Part shown: positions 26,880-40,647 of the stretch, in pieces
How the letters are laid out: each line of letters starts with the position of its first letter
Numbering within the stretch: position 1 is the first letter of the stretch
Source of the DNA: Eledone cirrhosa
Lineage: Eukaryota
DNA length: 64,000 nucleotides
Direction of reading: 5' to 3'
NCBI GenBank assembly: GCA_964016885.1
Contig: OZ024742.1
Coordinates: 156,426,001-156,490,000, forward strand
Translations under genes and position numbers: made by a program
Notes under the pieces: generated by a model
Told to the model about the DNA's origin: nothing
The model's database searches: none
The model's input: the letters and a program-made list of their open reading frames with translations, nothing else

Positions 26880-26980
26880 GGCTGCAGGTAGTGGCTTGAT
26901 ATTCAATCCAACGGACTTTCCAGTTAACCAACATCAATGACTGAGATTCAAGGAATAACAATAACAATAATAATAATAAT

Positions 26981-27332
26981 GATCAAGTATAAGGACCTGG
27001 AGATAGAAATTGGAAAAATGTGGAAATTGAGAACTAAAACAATACCAGTGGTTGTCGGGGCTCTGGGAATGATACCTAAGGGGTCTAACGACTACTTATC
27101 GCAGATCCCAGGAAACCCGCGTATAGGAGAAATACAAAAGATAGTACTAATGGGAACTGCCCATATACTAAGGAAGATCCTGTCAATATAAGTACATCAC
27201 AAGTCTAAACACTAAGGATGCATGTGTGAATATGTATGTTCTTTCTTGAACATGGCGGACCTTGTTGTCTCTTAAGGTCACTGGTTGTGACTTGGTGATA
27301 CCTCGTATAAACATAAAGCAAGATAAATGCAA
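26981..27332 (+). mobile_element. 5'-truncated 3' end of a second R4/Dong family
   Basis: KYKDLEIEIGKMWKLRTKTIPVVVGALG..LMGTAHILRKIL*; (TAA)n on both sides. Confidence 0.9.
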
Positions 27333-27367
27333 ATAATAATAATAATAATAATAGTACTAATAATAAA

Positions 27368-29005
27368 TTTGAAGACTAAAATCCAAAGAGGGCTCTATAA
27401 GGATAACTATGTATCAAATATATAAGAACCGTGGATCAAATATTTATTAAAATAACAGAGTAAAGTTTAAGCAAAGAGTTGCTGCTTTCACCCTTGAGGG
27501 GATCTTCTGAAACTAATAAAATCAAACTGTGAACGCACAAGTAAATATTTCGAAAAACGTTGCAACCGAAGGAAGACAGGAAGATGATACTTTGGTTCGC
27601 TGGCAAAGAACGGAAAAAAAGGCGAAGATAATACATCATTATTCGGACCAGTGAAAGCAATTACACGCAATGACAAAACCACGTTTATGGTATTAATTAA
27701 GTTGGAGACTAATATTCTATGACGTGCTTTGTGGAGACGAACTCTGGCAATGCCCGGAAAAAAACGAAGATAATACGTCATTATGTTGAGCGCTGAGAAC
27801 AATTACGCGCAAAGACAAAACCACGTCTATGGTATAACTGAGGTCGTAGAATAAAATCATATTTAGGAAACCGGATGATTCTCGGCATCAGAGATAAGAA
27901 CAATGTAAATAAATTACAGAGGTAATTGAAATCAACACAAATTAAATATATGCAGGCACGCATCCAGATAGGTACATAAACACGCATACGCGAAAACACC
28001 CGACATGAGTAAGCAAATACAAGCACGTACACAAAAAACACGCACATACATAACCCTCGCAACGCCTGTACCAGCAAACATACGGACGTATACACCAAAT
28101 ACACATAAAAATATATATAAATATATATAAGAACCAGTAAGACCCCGATGGGGTCTTACTGGTTCCTATTACCCACTCTACTACCTCAAGTATTGAGTAC
28201 TTTGGTGCGTTATGGTCCACCTGGTTCCTTACCACATTTCCTTCGTTATAAATATATATATATATATGTGTGTATACACATTTGTTCGCTAAAAGACGTC
28301 AACCAAAACACAAAGTACACATATACACACACCCTACATACGTACGAACCACCAAACTCACACATACTCAAAACTCACGTATACACATAACCATATGCAC
28401 ATGTACTTGTATATATAATATTTATATACGCCAATATCATATACAATCAAATATACGTGCGAGAATGTCTTCACAAAACATACAGGTAATATATACATAC
28501 CTATACAAATTAGTAATGGTATAAATATAACATATACTTAGCTACCACATCAATACGTAAAATATCCGCGTAAAGTTCGTACTATCCGTTAGGGTATAAT
28601 GTGGGGCTGTAATACAGGAAAGTCTTGTGCAATTTATGTTTACAAGACAGACAGTTCTTGGTGCTGTTTCGCAATATTAATTGCGAATAGAAATACAAAT
28701 TCATGCACATCAGTGGGTGATGAATCAGTACCCTAGGGAACTTCTAAGTATATTAAGGAACTGAACCGTGTGCTATATATAATAACGCACATGGTATCTT
28801 AGATCTATCACAAACTTACACTACTAAACATAGCAGCCAGGTTTATTCGGCATTTGAAATAGCTCAAGAAATTAACGGAGCCTAATTTATATTCAATTAT
28901 AATATACGGCTCGGAAATATCTCTTTCTTAGAGGTATTTTATTGGAAAAGACTATTTTGAGTTCCTAACTCAATACATATACCTTTGATATGTATATATA
29001 AGTAT
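27368..29005 (-). mobile_element. Family F PLE-derived arm (non-coding), interrupted by a K insertion
   Basis: 27368-28645 is the reverse complement of ~50005-51137; 28557-29005 is inverted vs 30726-31178. Confidence 0.8.
28131..28248 (+). mobile_element. Family K mini-hairpin (shortest copy)
   Basis: GAACCAGTAAGACCCC-GAT-GGGGTCTTACTGGTTC plus the same tail as 17567-17647. Confidence 0.8.
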
Positions 29006-29192
29006 ATATATATCTATATATCTATATATATATATATATTAGAAAGTGAGTTTTTTTTTACAAAATGAAAAATAACCGAGGTGTCCTACATGAGTGCAAG
29101 TATAAAGAAAAAGAGATGAAATCGAAAATGCAACTGAAGTCTTATTTTTTTTTTTTTTTTTTTTTTTTTTAAATATATATATTTATTTGGTT

Positions 29193-29230
29193 CCTTTACC
29201 GGTTTCGCAGTTCTTCTGCTTTTCAAAAGG
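29193..29230 (-). ncRNA. Hammerhead with U3-A8 compensatory core, family D (element ~29040-30070)
   Basis: Minus strand CCTT-TTGAAAA-GCAGAAGAACTGC-GAAA-CCGG-TA-AAGG; palindromic helix III ACCGGT. Confidence 0.75.
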
Positions 29231-29759
29231 TGAGTTTAGATGGAGGGTCTATGGTTTTTCTCACATCGGGTTGGTCTCTGAATGTTACTTGTTTTATATA
29301 GAAAAAGTGGCTCGAAATGCCAGGTTTTTCGAGAAGTAATTTGATTGGTTTGTCAATAATTATAATAAATTTCGCGCCAGTTCGCGTTACAATAGATCTT
29401 CAAATAAGAGAGGGGAGGGGGTTGTCACGGGTTGTTTTTTCATATATGAGTGTTTGAATTTCTTTTTACTTGAAAAAATGAGGCTCACGAAGGCTTTTTT
29501 TGGTTGGTTATAAATGAAATCTGGCTGTCACGTGAACAAGTTTTCAATACATTTTTGCGCCCTTATTTGGAAAACTATTCTGTAGTCTTTATAGTGAATG
29601 TTATGACAATGGAGAGATAGTGGTCAAGAGAAAAGGGATTGGGAGAAATGTTCTGGTTCAGTGAATATGGCCAGCTCGCCGGGGTGTCAGAGTTCAGATT
29701 TTCTATTGAGACTGAAGATATGTATGTTTATTTGTGTGCTTGTGTGTGTGCATGTGTGA

Positions 29760-29790
<31 letters not shown>

Positions 29791-30085
29791 TATTGGAAGA
29801 TGATTCTATTAGTAGAGATGGGGGAGGGAGTTGTGTGTGTGTGTGTATCGGTGTTATGTGTGTGTGTGCGAGTATGTTAAGATGGAGAGAATATATATTT
29901 TGTGTGTGTGTATATATATATGTGTGTAGGAAAGTGGTTCTATTAGTAGAAATGGGGAGGGAGTTGTGGGTGTGGGGGTTGTTATGTGTGTGTATGGGTG
30001 TTATGTGTGTGGGAGTATGGTTAGCATGTTAAGATGAAGAGAATATATATATATATATATTGTGTGTATGTGTGTGTGTAGGAAA

Positions 30086-30725
<640 letters not shown>

Positions 30726-31178
30726 TTATATACTTATATATACATATCAAAGGTATATGTATTGAGTTAGGAACTCAAAATAGTCTTTTCCAATAAAATA
30801 CCTCTAAAAAAGAGATATTTCCGAGCCGTATATTATAATTGAATATAAATTAGGCTTCGTTAATTTCTTGAGCTATTTCAAATGCCGAATAAACCTGGCT
30901 GCTATGTTTAGTAGTGTAAGTTTGTGAGACATTCTAAGATACCATGTGCGTTATTATATATAGCACACGGTTCAGTTCCTTAATATACTTAGAAGTTCCC
31001 TAGGGTACTGATTCATCACCCACTGATGTGCAAGAATTTGTATTTCTATTCGCAATTAATATTGCGAAACAGCACCAAAAACTGTCTGTCTTGTAAACAT
31101 AAATTGCACAAGATTTTCATGTATTACAGCCCACATTATACCCTAACGGATAGTACGAACTTTACGCGGATATTTTAC
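30726..31178 (+). repeat. Inverted copy of 28557-29005 (other arm of a family F-related foldback)
   Basis: Near-identical reverse complement. Confidence 0.9.
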
Positions 31179-33303
31179 ATCGTAAACGCTCAACTATTGG
31201 AGCTAAATTATTAGGGTAAACATTGATGCAATTCAATTCAAGCACTCAACGTACTTTTTCCACATCGGAGTGACGGAGTAAATATCGAATAAGGAAAAGC
31301 GAAGTAGTTTCAGATGTTCAAGTCCTTTAATAATAATGCTGTGATATATATTTCAGTGACGACACTGGCCACACTGTTCTGTGCGCGAGTGTCGTGTCAT
31401 CATCAGACAGCTTGTTACATAATAAGGTTATGTTTCCGAGGCAATCCAAATTGGATCGACATGGGAACGGATGAATTGCGTGTTTTGGGGTTTTTCATCC
31501 GCTCCCTTGTGTGTACCAATTCACCCCCACTGGCCTGCGCAAGCGCATGTCCGAAGGAAGTTGACCATTAGCGACCGCAGATTTCAACGAAATTCGCTTA
31601 GTCAGTTCACCCTCTCAGCCAAAACAATGGCCCACCAATGCCTGTACCATATTTTACTACTACCCATCACGGCTGTGGCCGTCAGACGAGAGCCAGAGGG
31701 GATGGGAGAGTGTTAGTTTTTAGAGGTCATAATACTACCCATCACTAAGCGTTGACGGTACGACTGACCATCACCTTATAAGGGAAAATAAAATTAATTC
31801 TAGGTATCATGGTTTTACGTTGGAAGTTAAGAGTGAGAGTTGGAAATAAAAATTAAAATCCTAAATCAAATATCAGAAATTATAAATTAAACAATTAAGA
31901 AATTAACAATTAGAAATTAAAGAATAAAAAAATAAAAAACATTCTTTTCAGGTGATAATTCGGATTGAGGTGAGTAAAGATATAGACTGAAGTGAGTAAA
32001 TACTATGGAGAGAGATGTTTAAGTAATATTTTCTGAGAGGGATTCTAGTGTCACAGTTACTCTATGCACATATTGAACGACAGTGCCGTACATTATAACT
32101 GAGGGCAAACTACAGGGCTCTAGGCATTAGTCAATATGGTACGCAGACATAATTTCCATCACATGGAACAAAATCAAAGAAAAACAGTAATAAAGTACAC
32201 AAAAGAAAAGAACAGAACCAATAGTGAATAAATGCAAAAACACAGAGTACGTATATGCAAAATGATCCATATGATTGTCCATATGCCCATGTATAGATTG
32301 AATTGAGGGGGCTTCTGTTCAAATGCGATTTGGTGCAGGAAAATAGGGGTTAATCCTATTATTTGTTTCCGCGAATTTATCCTGCTGAAAGTTACTATTA
32401 TGTCCTTCCAGTGTAAGGGGTTTCCATCCCCATGGTAGAGTGAATTTCCGGGGTAGCTTATGGTTGGTTCCTCTCTTCTACACCATATCGGTTAAATCGT
32501 AAAGCGCTCAACTAATTGGAGCTAAATTATTAGGGTAAACATTGATACAATTCAATTCAAGCACACAACCTACTTTTTCCACATAGGAGTGACGGAGTAA
32601 ATATCGAATAAGGAAAAGCGAAGTAGTTTCAGATGTTCAAGTCCTTTAATAATAATGCTGTGATATATATTTCAGTGACGACACTGGCCACACTGTTCTG
32701 TGCGCGAGTGTCGTGTCATCATCAGACAGCTTGTTACATAATAAGGTTATGTTTACGAGGCAATCCAAATTGGATCGACATGGGAACGGATGAATTGCGT
32801 GTTTTGGGGTTTTTTCATCCGCTCCCTTGTGAGTACCAATTCACCCCCACCGGCCTGGGCAAGCGCATGTCCGAAGGAAGTTGACCATTAGCCACCGCAG
32901 ATTTCAACGAAATTCGCTTAGTCAGTTCACCCTCTCAGCCAAAACAATGGCCCACCAATGCCACTACCATATTTTACTGCTACCCATCACGGCTGTGGCA
33001 GTCAGCCGAGAGCCAGAGTGTTAGTTTTTACAGGTCATAATACTACCCCTCACTAAGCATTGGCGGTACGACTGACCATCACCTTATAAGAGAAAATAAA
33101 CATAATTCTAGGTATCAAGGTTTTTACGTTGGAAGTTAAGAGTGAGATTTGGAAATAAAATCCTTATTATGTAACAAGCTGTCTGATGATGACACGAAAC
33201 TCGCGCACAGAACAGTGTTGCCAGTGTCGTCACTGAAATATATATCACAGCATTATTATTAAAGGATTTGAACATCTGAATCTACTTCGCTTTTCCTTAT
33301 TCG
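31178..33303 (-). mobile_element. Family C non-coding HHR element: tandem period 1319 bp plus inverted arm 33163-33303
   Basis: Direct repeat 31338.. vs 32657..; HHRs at 31338-31411 (-), 32657-32730 (-), 33178-33251 (+); no RT or endonuclease ORF. Confidence 0.88.
33178..33251 (+). ncRNA. Hammerhead family C with long helix II
   Basis: GCTGT-CTGATGA-[TGACACGA(C/A)ACTCGCGCACAGAACAGTGT(G/T)GCCAGTGTCGTCACT]-GAAA-TATATA-TC-ACAGC. Confidence 0.85.
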
Positions 33304-33308
33304 TTATG

Positions 33309-33346
<38 letters not shown>

Positions 33347-33351
<5 letters not shown>

Positions 33352-33598
33352 GGAAGCAGAAAATTGCTTTTTGTGATCCAGTTCTTGATTAAAAAAGCCA
33401 GATTCATGGATGGTTTGAACGTAGGGTTAGGGGTAACTCCACAAGTTTGTAAGAATTCCGTTCAATCTTGGAGTATAAAGTATTAATTATAAAACACAGG
33501 TAAGCATTAAGAGAAGGATTTTATCCAGGTATTTATACCTGGATAAATACCTGGATAATATCCTTCTCTTAATGCTTACCTGTGTTCTCTCTTTTATA
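33347..33598. mobile_element. Small hairpin-plus-tail element (family Q)
   Basis: AACACAGGTAAGCATTAAGAGAAGGAT..ATCCTTCTCTTAATGCTTACCTGTGTT inverted repeat ~33493-33587, tail on the left, (TA)n flanks. Confidence 0.6.
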
Positions 33599-33616
33599 AT
33601 ATATATATATATATAT

Positions 33617-33806
33617 AACGAAGGAAATGTGGTAAGGAACCAGGTGGACCATAACGCACCAAAGTACTCAATACTTAGGGTAGTAGAGTGGGTAATAGGA
33701 ACGAGTAGGACCCCGACGGCTGAGCTCAAGCCATTTCGACGGCTAATTCTGGACTAGAATTAGCCGTCATAACGGCTTGAGTTCAGCCGTCGGGGTCCTA
33801 CTCGTT

Positions 33807-33810
<4 letters not shown>
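33617..33810 (-). mobile_element. Family K mini-hairpin, opposite orientation
   Basis: Reverse complement of 17459-17647 with substitutions shared by both arms. Confidence 0.82.
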
Positions 33811-33840
<30 letters not shown>

Positions 33841-34042
33841 GTACATTAACAGAGAAAGCTTTAAGCAATACTCCGACCGGCTTCCGTCTCACTCAACATA
33901 CATTAGGATATATCTTAATATAATCCCAATTACACGTTTGGGGTGCTAACTATACGTATTTTGCGGATAGCCAGTTGTATTAATTTATATGAGACATAAT
34001 TAAAATGGTCTCTCTCTCCAATATATATATATATATATATAG

Positions 34043-34380
34043 TTAAAAGAATAGAGGTGTAACACACAAGTTATTTATATATTGGTAAACGGAATAGAAA
34101 ATGCTGACAAATTGTTCACAGTTGAAAATGGTTTAATTAGGAATAAAAGAGTATTAGTGATTGTATGGGTTAATATTCAGTTGTGGTTTTAAGTTTTTAA
34201 GTTTTTACCGGCTGCGCATTTCTAAATGCTTTTCAAAAATAATTTTGAGATAGAGTGTCCGTGCTGTTTGAAAACCACAACTGAATACTAACCCATACAA
34301 TCACTAATACTCTTTTATTCCTAATTAAACCATTTTTCAACTGTGAACAATTTGTCAGCATTTTCTATTCCGTTTACCAA
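34043..34380. mobile_element. Mini foldback of the PLE-2 family
   Basis: Left end AAAAGAATAGAGGTGTAA as at 10007, right end TTTACCAA as at 13708; ~110-bp inverted arms. Confidence 0.82.
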
Positions 34381-34971
34381 TATATATATATATATATATA
34401 AATATAATTTAGCGAGAATTTCGGCGGGTAGAAATTAGCGAAACGCAACTTCCATATTGTGCTGACAAGCGCTCCGTGGAACTGAAGAAGATACCAGAGT
34501 TATAAACATAAGATAAAAAGGTCATACACGCTGAGACGATGGTTAAGAAGCCATTAACCACCATAGGCAAAAAAGTGAACAATCTAAAACGGTCCAAATA
34601 AAAAGAGATATGATTGAAATATATACCCGAACCCTTCATTGGAAGATGGAATGCTCCGAAAGTGGGTTTCTGCAACGCCTAAATCAATAATACTGTCTGC
34701 TTATAAAAATAAGCTTTTGGTATAGAGACCGAACAAGGCATCGCGTTCTCAGCGGATCTTTGTTCTTCTGTCGGCAGACTCTTGCAGGTTATGAAAGCAC
34801 ATGCGAGAATCTAAGGGGAGAAAACCCCTATTTTGGCCAGTGAATTCAGCATGTGTAGTTAATTGCAAATATTTGCAAAAACCGCACAAAACGAATTAAG
34901 CTCTCTACCGAGTTGTTTTAAAATATATATATATATATATAGAATACACAATATATATATATATATACACA

Positions 34972-35093
<122 letters not shown>

Positions 35094-38000
35094 AATACAC
35101 AAGAATATAAGCTATGTTAGAACGTTTGATTGCTGACCATTGTTTCTTCCAAGCCTAGGCTTGGACTCTTCGGAACATTATTAATAATGTTTTTTACATA
35201 TAATCAACCTCCAATTCTGCTGAAAAGTCATACAGATACATATTGTGGAGAACAGTGTGTGATGGGTAAGATTCAAAATTACAATTAAATGCTTTTGGTA
35301 GACCATGTGACAGATTATACAAGAGCGTCTATTACATAAATAAAATTAAAGAACAATTACGTGCGTTAGTCATACATAAAGCAATTGAACAGGCAAAAGT
35401 ATCAAGCATATATGAATGCTGGGTGTTGCATAAAAAATACAAGCACATACAGTAGGTGTGTTAATATATTATGGTAGTTGCAATGCTGAGATATTTTCAG
35501 TGTAGATCGAATATGTATGTGTGTAGAATAAGAAAGTTCCAGGTTTCACATCCATTACATATGTCACGATGTATTTGTGTTGAGTGTTTGTTATAGTAAT
35601 GGCTTGTAATGTAAAGTGATTTAGTGTTATTTAGTCCGTACCGTATACTACATTAGTATAGCTGGGAGAATTTTCTACTGTTTAATACCCGGAAGTGGGA
35701 ATGGAATTAAGGGGAGCTAATGCGTAAGGGGAGGTAACTAGCTCATTATAATAATAATTAAATTCATTGTTCTAAGGGACTTATATAGTGTTTTATTTGA
35801 GGGCCTAATATAGAAACTATATATTTATATTTAATTTAATTTAAACCCAGTCTACTCTCTCCTAATACATTAAGGTATCATTATAAGGTTGCCCATCAAG
35901 TATTATAAAGTGCCATAATTGAGTTTCCCATACAAATTGTTATATATTTATATTAATTTAATCTTGGATACAGTCTAACCCCCCAAAGTATATGAGAAGT
36001 TTTGCTAGATTGCTGTCTATCTAGTATATGGTAATCTATGTAATACCGTATAGCTGTTTGCATGGAAGGTAGATATATCCCTAGAGTAAATAAACACATA
36101 CCTTATATATACAATGTTATTAATGTTAATCCATACATTTAATTATAGATGTATACAAAATTCATTATTCCATATTGCATTTAAGTTAGATAAATCCCTT
36201 ATGTTACTACATTAATCCTATATAGACAATGATATTAATGTTTAATTGAACATTTATATATAATTCATTGTTACATTTAATATTTAAATGTTGTCCAAGT
36301 TATATTTCCGTCACTATATAATTATAAGTAATCTAATTTTACTATATTAAGGGTATAGAGTTATAGTTATGCTGAATTGTGTAGAGGAAAGGGTGGATCA
36401 AAGAGGGTGGCGCAGTGGTGCAATGAAAGTCCTAAAGGTGAAGTGCTAATGGAGGTGCTCTGTTCAAAACTGACATTGCTATATACTATGTTTAAAGCTG
36501 TGGACAGAGTGTCGGAAGCGGTGCTGGCACGATGAAAACACTTCCGGTTTTTTTTATTAAGGAGGTTAAGATTCGAAAATATTATAGTATGGGTCTCTAG
36601 AAGACAGAAGTTACAAAATGTATTATGTGATTTATACGATGCTGCCCTACCTACTAATTCCCATTGAAGTGTATATGATCTATTCCTAGGTTTCAGATAG
36701 TGTATGTAGCTAGATAGTGAAGTGGATTGGCTAGATTCTGCTTTCTGAAAGAGTGAAGGTGTGAGTTGTATCTCGTCTTGAAGCTGATCAAAGTTGAGCC
36801 TATATAGGTTTAGAAGAGTTGATAGGGTTGACCGTGCATGAGTAAATTATGTCCTTGATTAAGCTGTTGTTACCTAAATGTCAGGTTCTATTAGATTTAC
36901 AGTTACAAGTCTGGTTGCTAGGTATTGCCTCAGGGCTATGATGGTTGTCGATCCCAATGTTATTGATTTCAATATTGTTACTATATTATTACTATTGCTA
37001 TTAGGGTTAGCACTTATTATGTTGTTTCGAAAGTTTTCCTCTTGTGTTTTAATTTGATGGAGATAAGTATTAATTTTTCTTTTATTACTACTAGCAATAT
37101 GGTATGCTATGTTAGGTGTGGTAGAGTAGGATATTTTAATGGTGTTTTTTTTATTTAAAAGCCTATGGTACTTGAGGACCGACGGGAAGTTTATTTCTAG
37201 GATTGAGAAAAAGGCCCTAGGTAAGTTGGCAGTGACAAGGAAACTGTTACATAACACCTTCATACTATAACTTAACTATCACCATAGACAAAAACACTAA
37301 CAATGTTAACTTCCCTGAGGCTACACTTTACCTAGACTCTAAAGTATATACACTCTACCATAAACCTAACGAAAAACTGATATATGTAGACACCAAGTCG
37401 ACCCACCCTAGATACATTTAAAACTCTATCACTAAAGGTATTTCTAACATAATCTCTAATCTATAGTATAACGAAACCATATTTAGCAATACATGACAGT
37501 ACTACAATCAGGCATTAGCTAAATCAGGCCATAGTAATGAGATTGAGTCCTACCTAGAAAATCACATAGTTCCAACATTATTTCTCACAATATGGCCATG
37601 AGGAATAGCGGTAGTAAGAATAATAACCTCCCCTACACTGAAACAAACCCAACTCGCACCATAGTAGACACTAAAATATTATAAACAGAAATACCTCAAT
37701 AGATATAAAAAAACAAAAATAGAAGAACTAATACTTTTTTCAACCCCCTTTCAATCTAAACGTCTCTACCAGCTTACCCTGGGCTTTCTTCTCAATCCTA
37801 GAAAGAAACTTCCCGTCGGGCCACAAGTACCATCTGCTTTTAAATAAAAAAACACCATTAAAATCTCCTACTCTACCACACCTAATATAGCACACCATAT
37901 AGTTAGTAGTAATAAAAGAAAAATGAATACTTATCTCCATCAAATTAAATCACAACAAGAGGGAAACATTCGAAACAACATAACTACTAACCCTAATAGC

Positions 38001-38760
38001 AATAGTAATAATAGTAGTAATAATATTGAAATCAATAACATTGGGACCGACAACCGTCATAGCCCTAATGCAATACCTAGCAACCAGACTTCTACGCAGC
38101 ATAATAACCGAAGAGATATAACCCAAAATAAATGTAACTGTAAATCTAATAGAACCTGAAATTCAGGTAACAACTGCTTAATCAAGGACATTATTTACTC
38201 ATGCACGGTCAACACTATCAACTCTTCTAAACCTATATAGGCTCCACTTCGAACTGCTTCAAGACGAGATATAACTCACACATTCACTCTTTCAGGGAGC
38301 AAAATCTAGCCAACTCGAATTCACTATCTAGCTACATACACTATCTGAAAACAATGGGAATTAGTAGGTAGGGCAGCATCGTATAAACCACCTAATAAAT
38401 GTTGTAAATTCTGTCTTCTAGAGACCCATACTATAATATTTTCGAACCTTAACCTCCTTAATAAAAAATCGGAAGTGTTTTCATCCTGCCAGTACCGCTT
38501 CCGACACACCTTCCAAAGCTTTAAACCTAGTATATAGCAATGTCAGTTTTGAACTCAGCACCTCCATTAGCCTTTCACATGTAGGGCTTTCATTGCACCA
38601 CTGCACCACACTCTTTGATCCACCCTTTCCTCTACACAATTCAGCCGACCTATAACTCTATACCCTTAATATAGTACAATTAGATTACTTATAATTATAT
38701 AGTGATGGAAATATAAGTTGCATAAACTTTAAATATTAAACGTAACAATGAATTATATAT

Positions 38761-39160
38761 CGTTCAGGTCGAGCTTTCTCGGCTTTCTACGACACGCTTC
38801 CTCCATCCATCTCTGTCTCTCATAGCGTTTGCCAGTTCTTCCGCATTGCATCCAGTATCGTCCTCAAGTTGCTTGACGTATGTCTTCTTGGGACGAACAG
38901 CATTTCTTGCTCCATGAGATGGACTTCATAACAATACATCACCTGCTATTTCTTCCTTGTTGGGCCAACAGTGGCCAGCAAATCTGAGTCTCTGTCCACG
39001 TATTGACCTGCTGATTGGTGGTATATTGCCATAGATATCCTTATTTGTTGGGTGTTCCCTCCAAGACACGTTTAAAGCAGCGCGGAGCATACGTGTGTAT
39101 GTCCCGTCTAGTTTTTTCTCCAGTTTCTACGTTAGCGTCCAAGAGATAGAGCCATAAACA
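38761..39160 (-). mobile_element. RTE/RTE-X LINE 3' fragment inserted in the right arm of family G
   Basis: Minus translation TRMLRAALNVSWREHPTNKDIYG..RLRFAGHC..RPKKTYVKQLEDDTG..AMRDRDGWR; absent from the left arm. Confidence 0.85.
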
Positions 39161-40265
39161 AGCACAGACTCCACAGCAAATCTGAAGAAATTTCTTTTCA
39201 GTTTGGCCGGCAAAAATTAATATCATTGTATATATAGGATTACTGTAGTAACATAAGGGATTTAGCTAACGTAAATGCAATATGGAACAATGAATTATGT
39301 ATATATCTATAATTAAATGTATGGATTAACATTAATAACATTGTATATAAGGGATGTATTTATCTCTAGAGATATATCTACCTTACCATGCAAACAGCTA
39401 TACGGTATTACATAGCTTACCATATACTAGGTAGCCCGCAATCTAGCAAAATCTCTTATATACTTTGGGAGGGTAGACTGTATTCAAGATTAAATTAATA
39501 TAAATATATAACAATTTGTATGGGAAACTCAATTATGGGACTTTATAATACTTGCTAGGCAACTTTATAAAGATACCTTAATGTATTAGGAGAGAGTAGA
39601 CTCGTATTAAATTAAATTAAATATAAATATATAGTTTCTATATTAGGCCCTCAATTATAACAATATATAAAGTCCCTTAGAACAATGAGTTTAATTATTA
39701 TCATAATGAGCTAGTTACCTCCCCTTACGTATAGCTCCTCTTACTTCCATTCCCACTTCCGGGTATTAAACAGCAGACAATTCTCCCAGCTATACAAATG
39801 TAGTATACTGTACGGACTAAATAACACTAAATCATTACAAGCCATTACTATAACAAACACTCAACACAAATACATCGTGACATATGTAATGGATGTGAAA
39901 CCTGGAACTTTCTTATTCTACACACACACATGTTCGATCTACACTGAAAATATCTCAGCATTGCAAACACCATAATATATTAACACGCCTGATTTATGTG
40001 CTTCAATTTTTTATGCAACACCCAGCATTCATATATGCTAGATACTTTTGCATGTTCAATTGCTTTATGTATGACTAACGCACGTACTATCTCTTTAATT
40101 ATATTTATGTACTAGACGCTATTGTATTATCTGTCACATGCTCAACCAAAAGCTTTTGGTTGTAATGTTGAATATTACCCATCACACACTGTTGTCCACA
40201 ATATGTATCATTATGACTCTTCAGCAAAATAGGAGTCTGATTATATGTAAAAACATTATTAATAA

Positions 40266-40312
40266 TGCTCTGAAGAAATCAAGCCTAGGCTTGGAAGAAA
40301 CAATTGTCAGCA
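40266..40312 (+). ncRNA. Hammerhead family G; inverted copy 35131-35177 (-)
   Basis: TGCT-CTGAAGA-AATCAAGCCTAGGCTTGGAA-GAAA-CAATTG-TC-AGCA; palindromic helix III, GUC site. Confidence 0.85.
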
Positions 40313-40481
40313 ATTAAATGTTCTAACATAGCCTTGATTCTTTGATTCTATATTACTGCTCTGTATAACAAATTATGTTCTTATATTGAGCTATTTATCA
40401 TACTGGTAATAAGGTAGTAATAAATTACTGAACTTACATGTCTTTAATTGTATATAGTATATACATAATTATAAATATTAT

Positions 40482-40597
<116 letters not shown>

Positions 40598-40604
40598 TTA
40601 TATA

Positions 40605-40647
<43 letters not shown>

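Noticed and set aside
27470-27520. Family F hammerhead-like motif (CAGAAGA..GAAAGCAGC; also ~48885, ~49335, ~51015)
   Set aside because: Right position and a helix II, but no A-U/UH cleavage site and no convincing helix I; not called
31314-31571. Recurrent MFKSFNNNAV.. ORF in family C copies
   Set aside because: Antisense to the HHR strand, length varies through frameshifts between copies; recurrence reflects the repeat
33421-33434. GTAGGGTTAGGGG telomere-like word
   Set aside because: Only about two units; expected by chance
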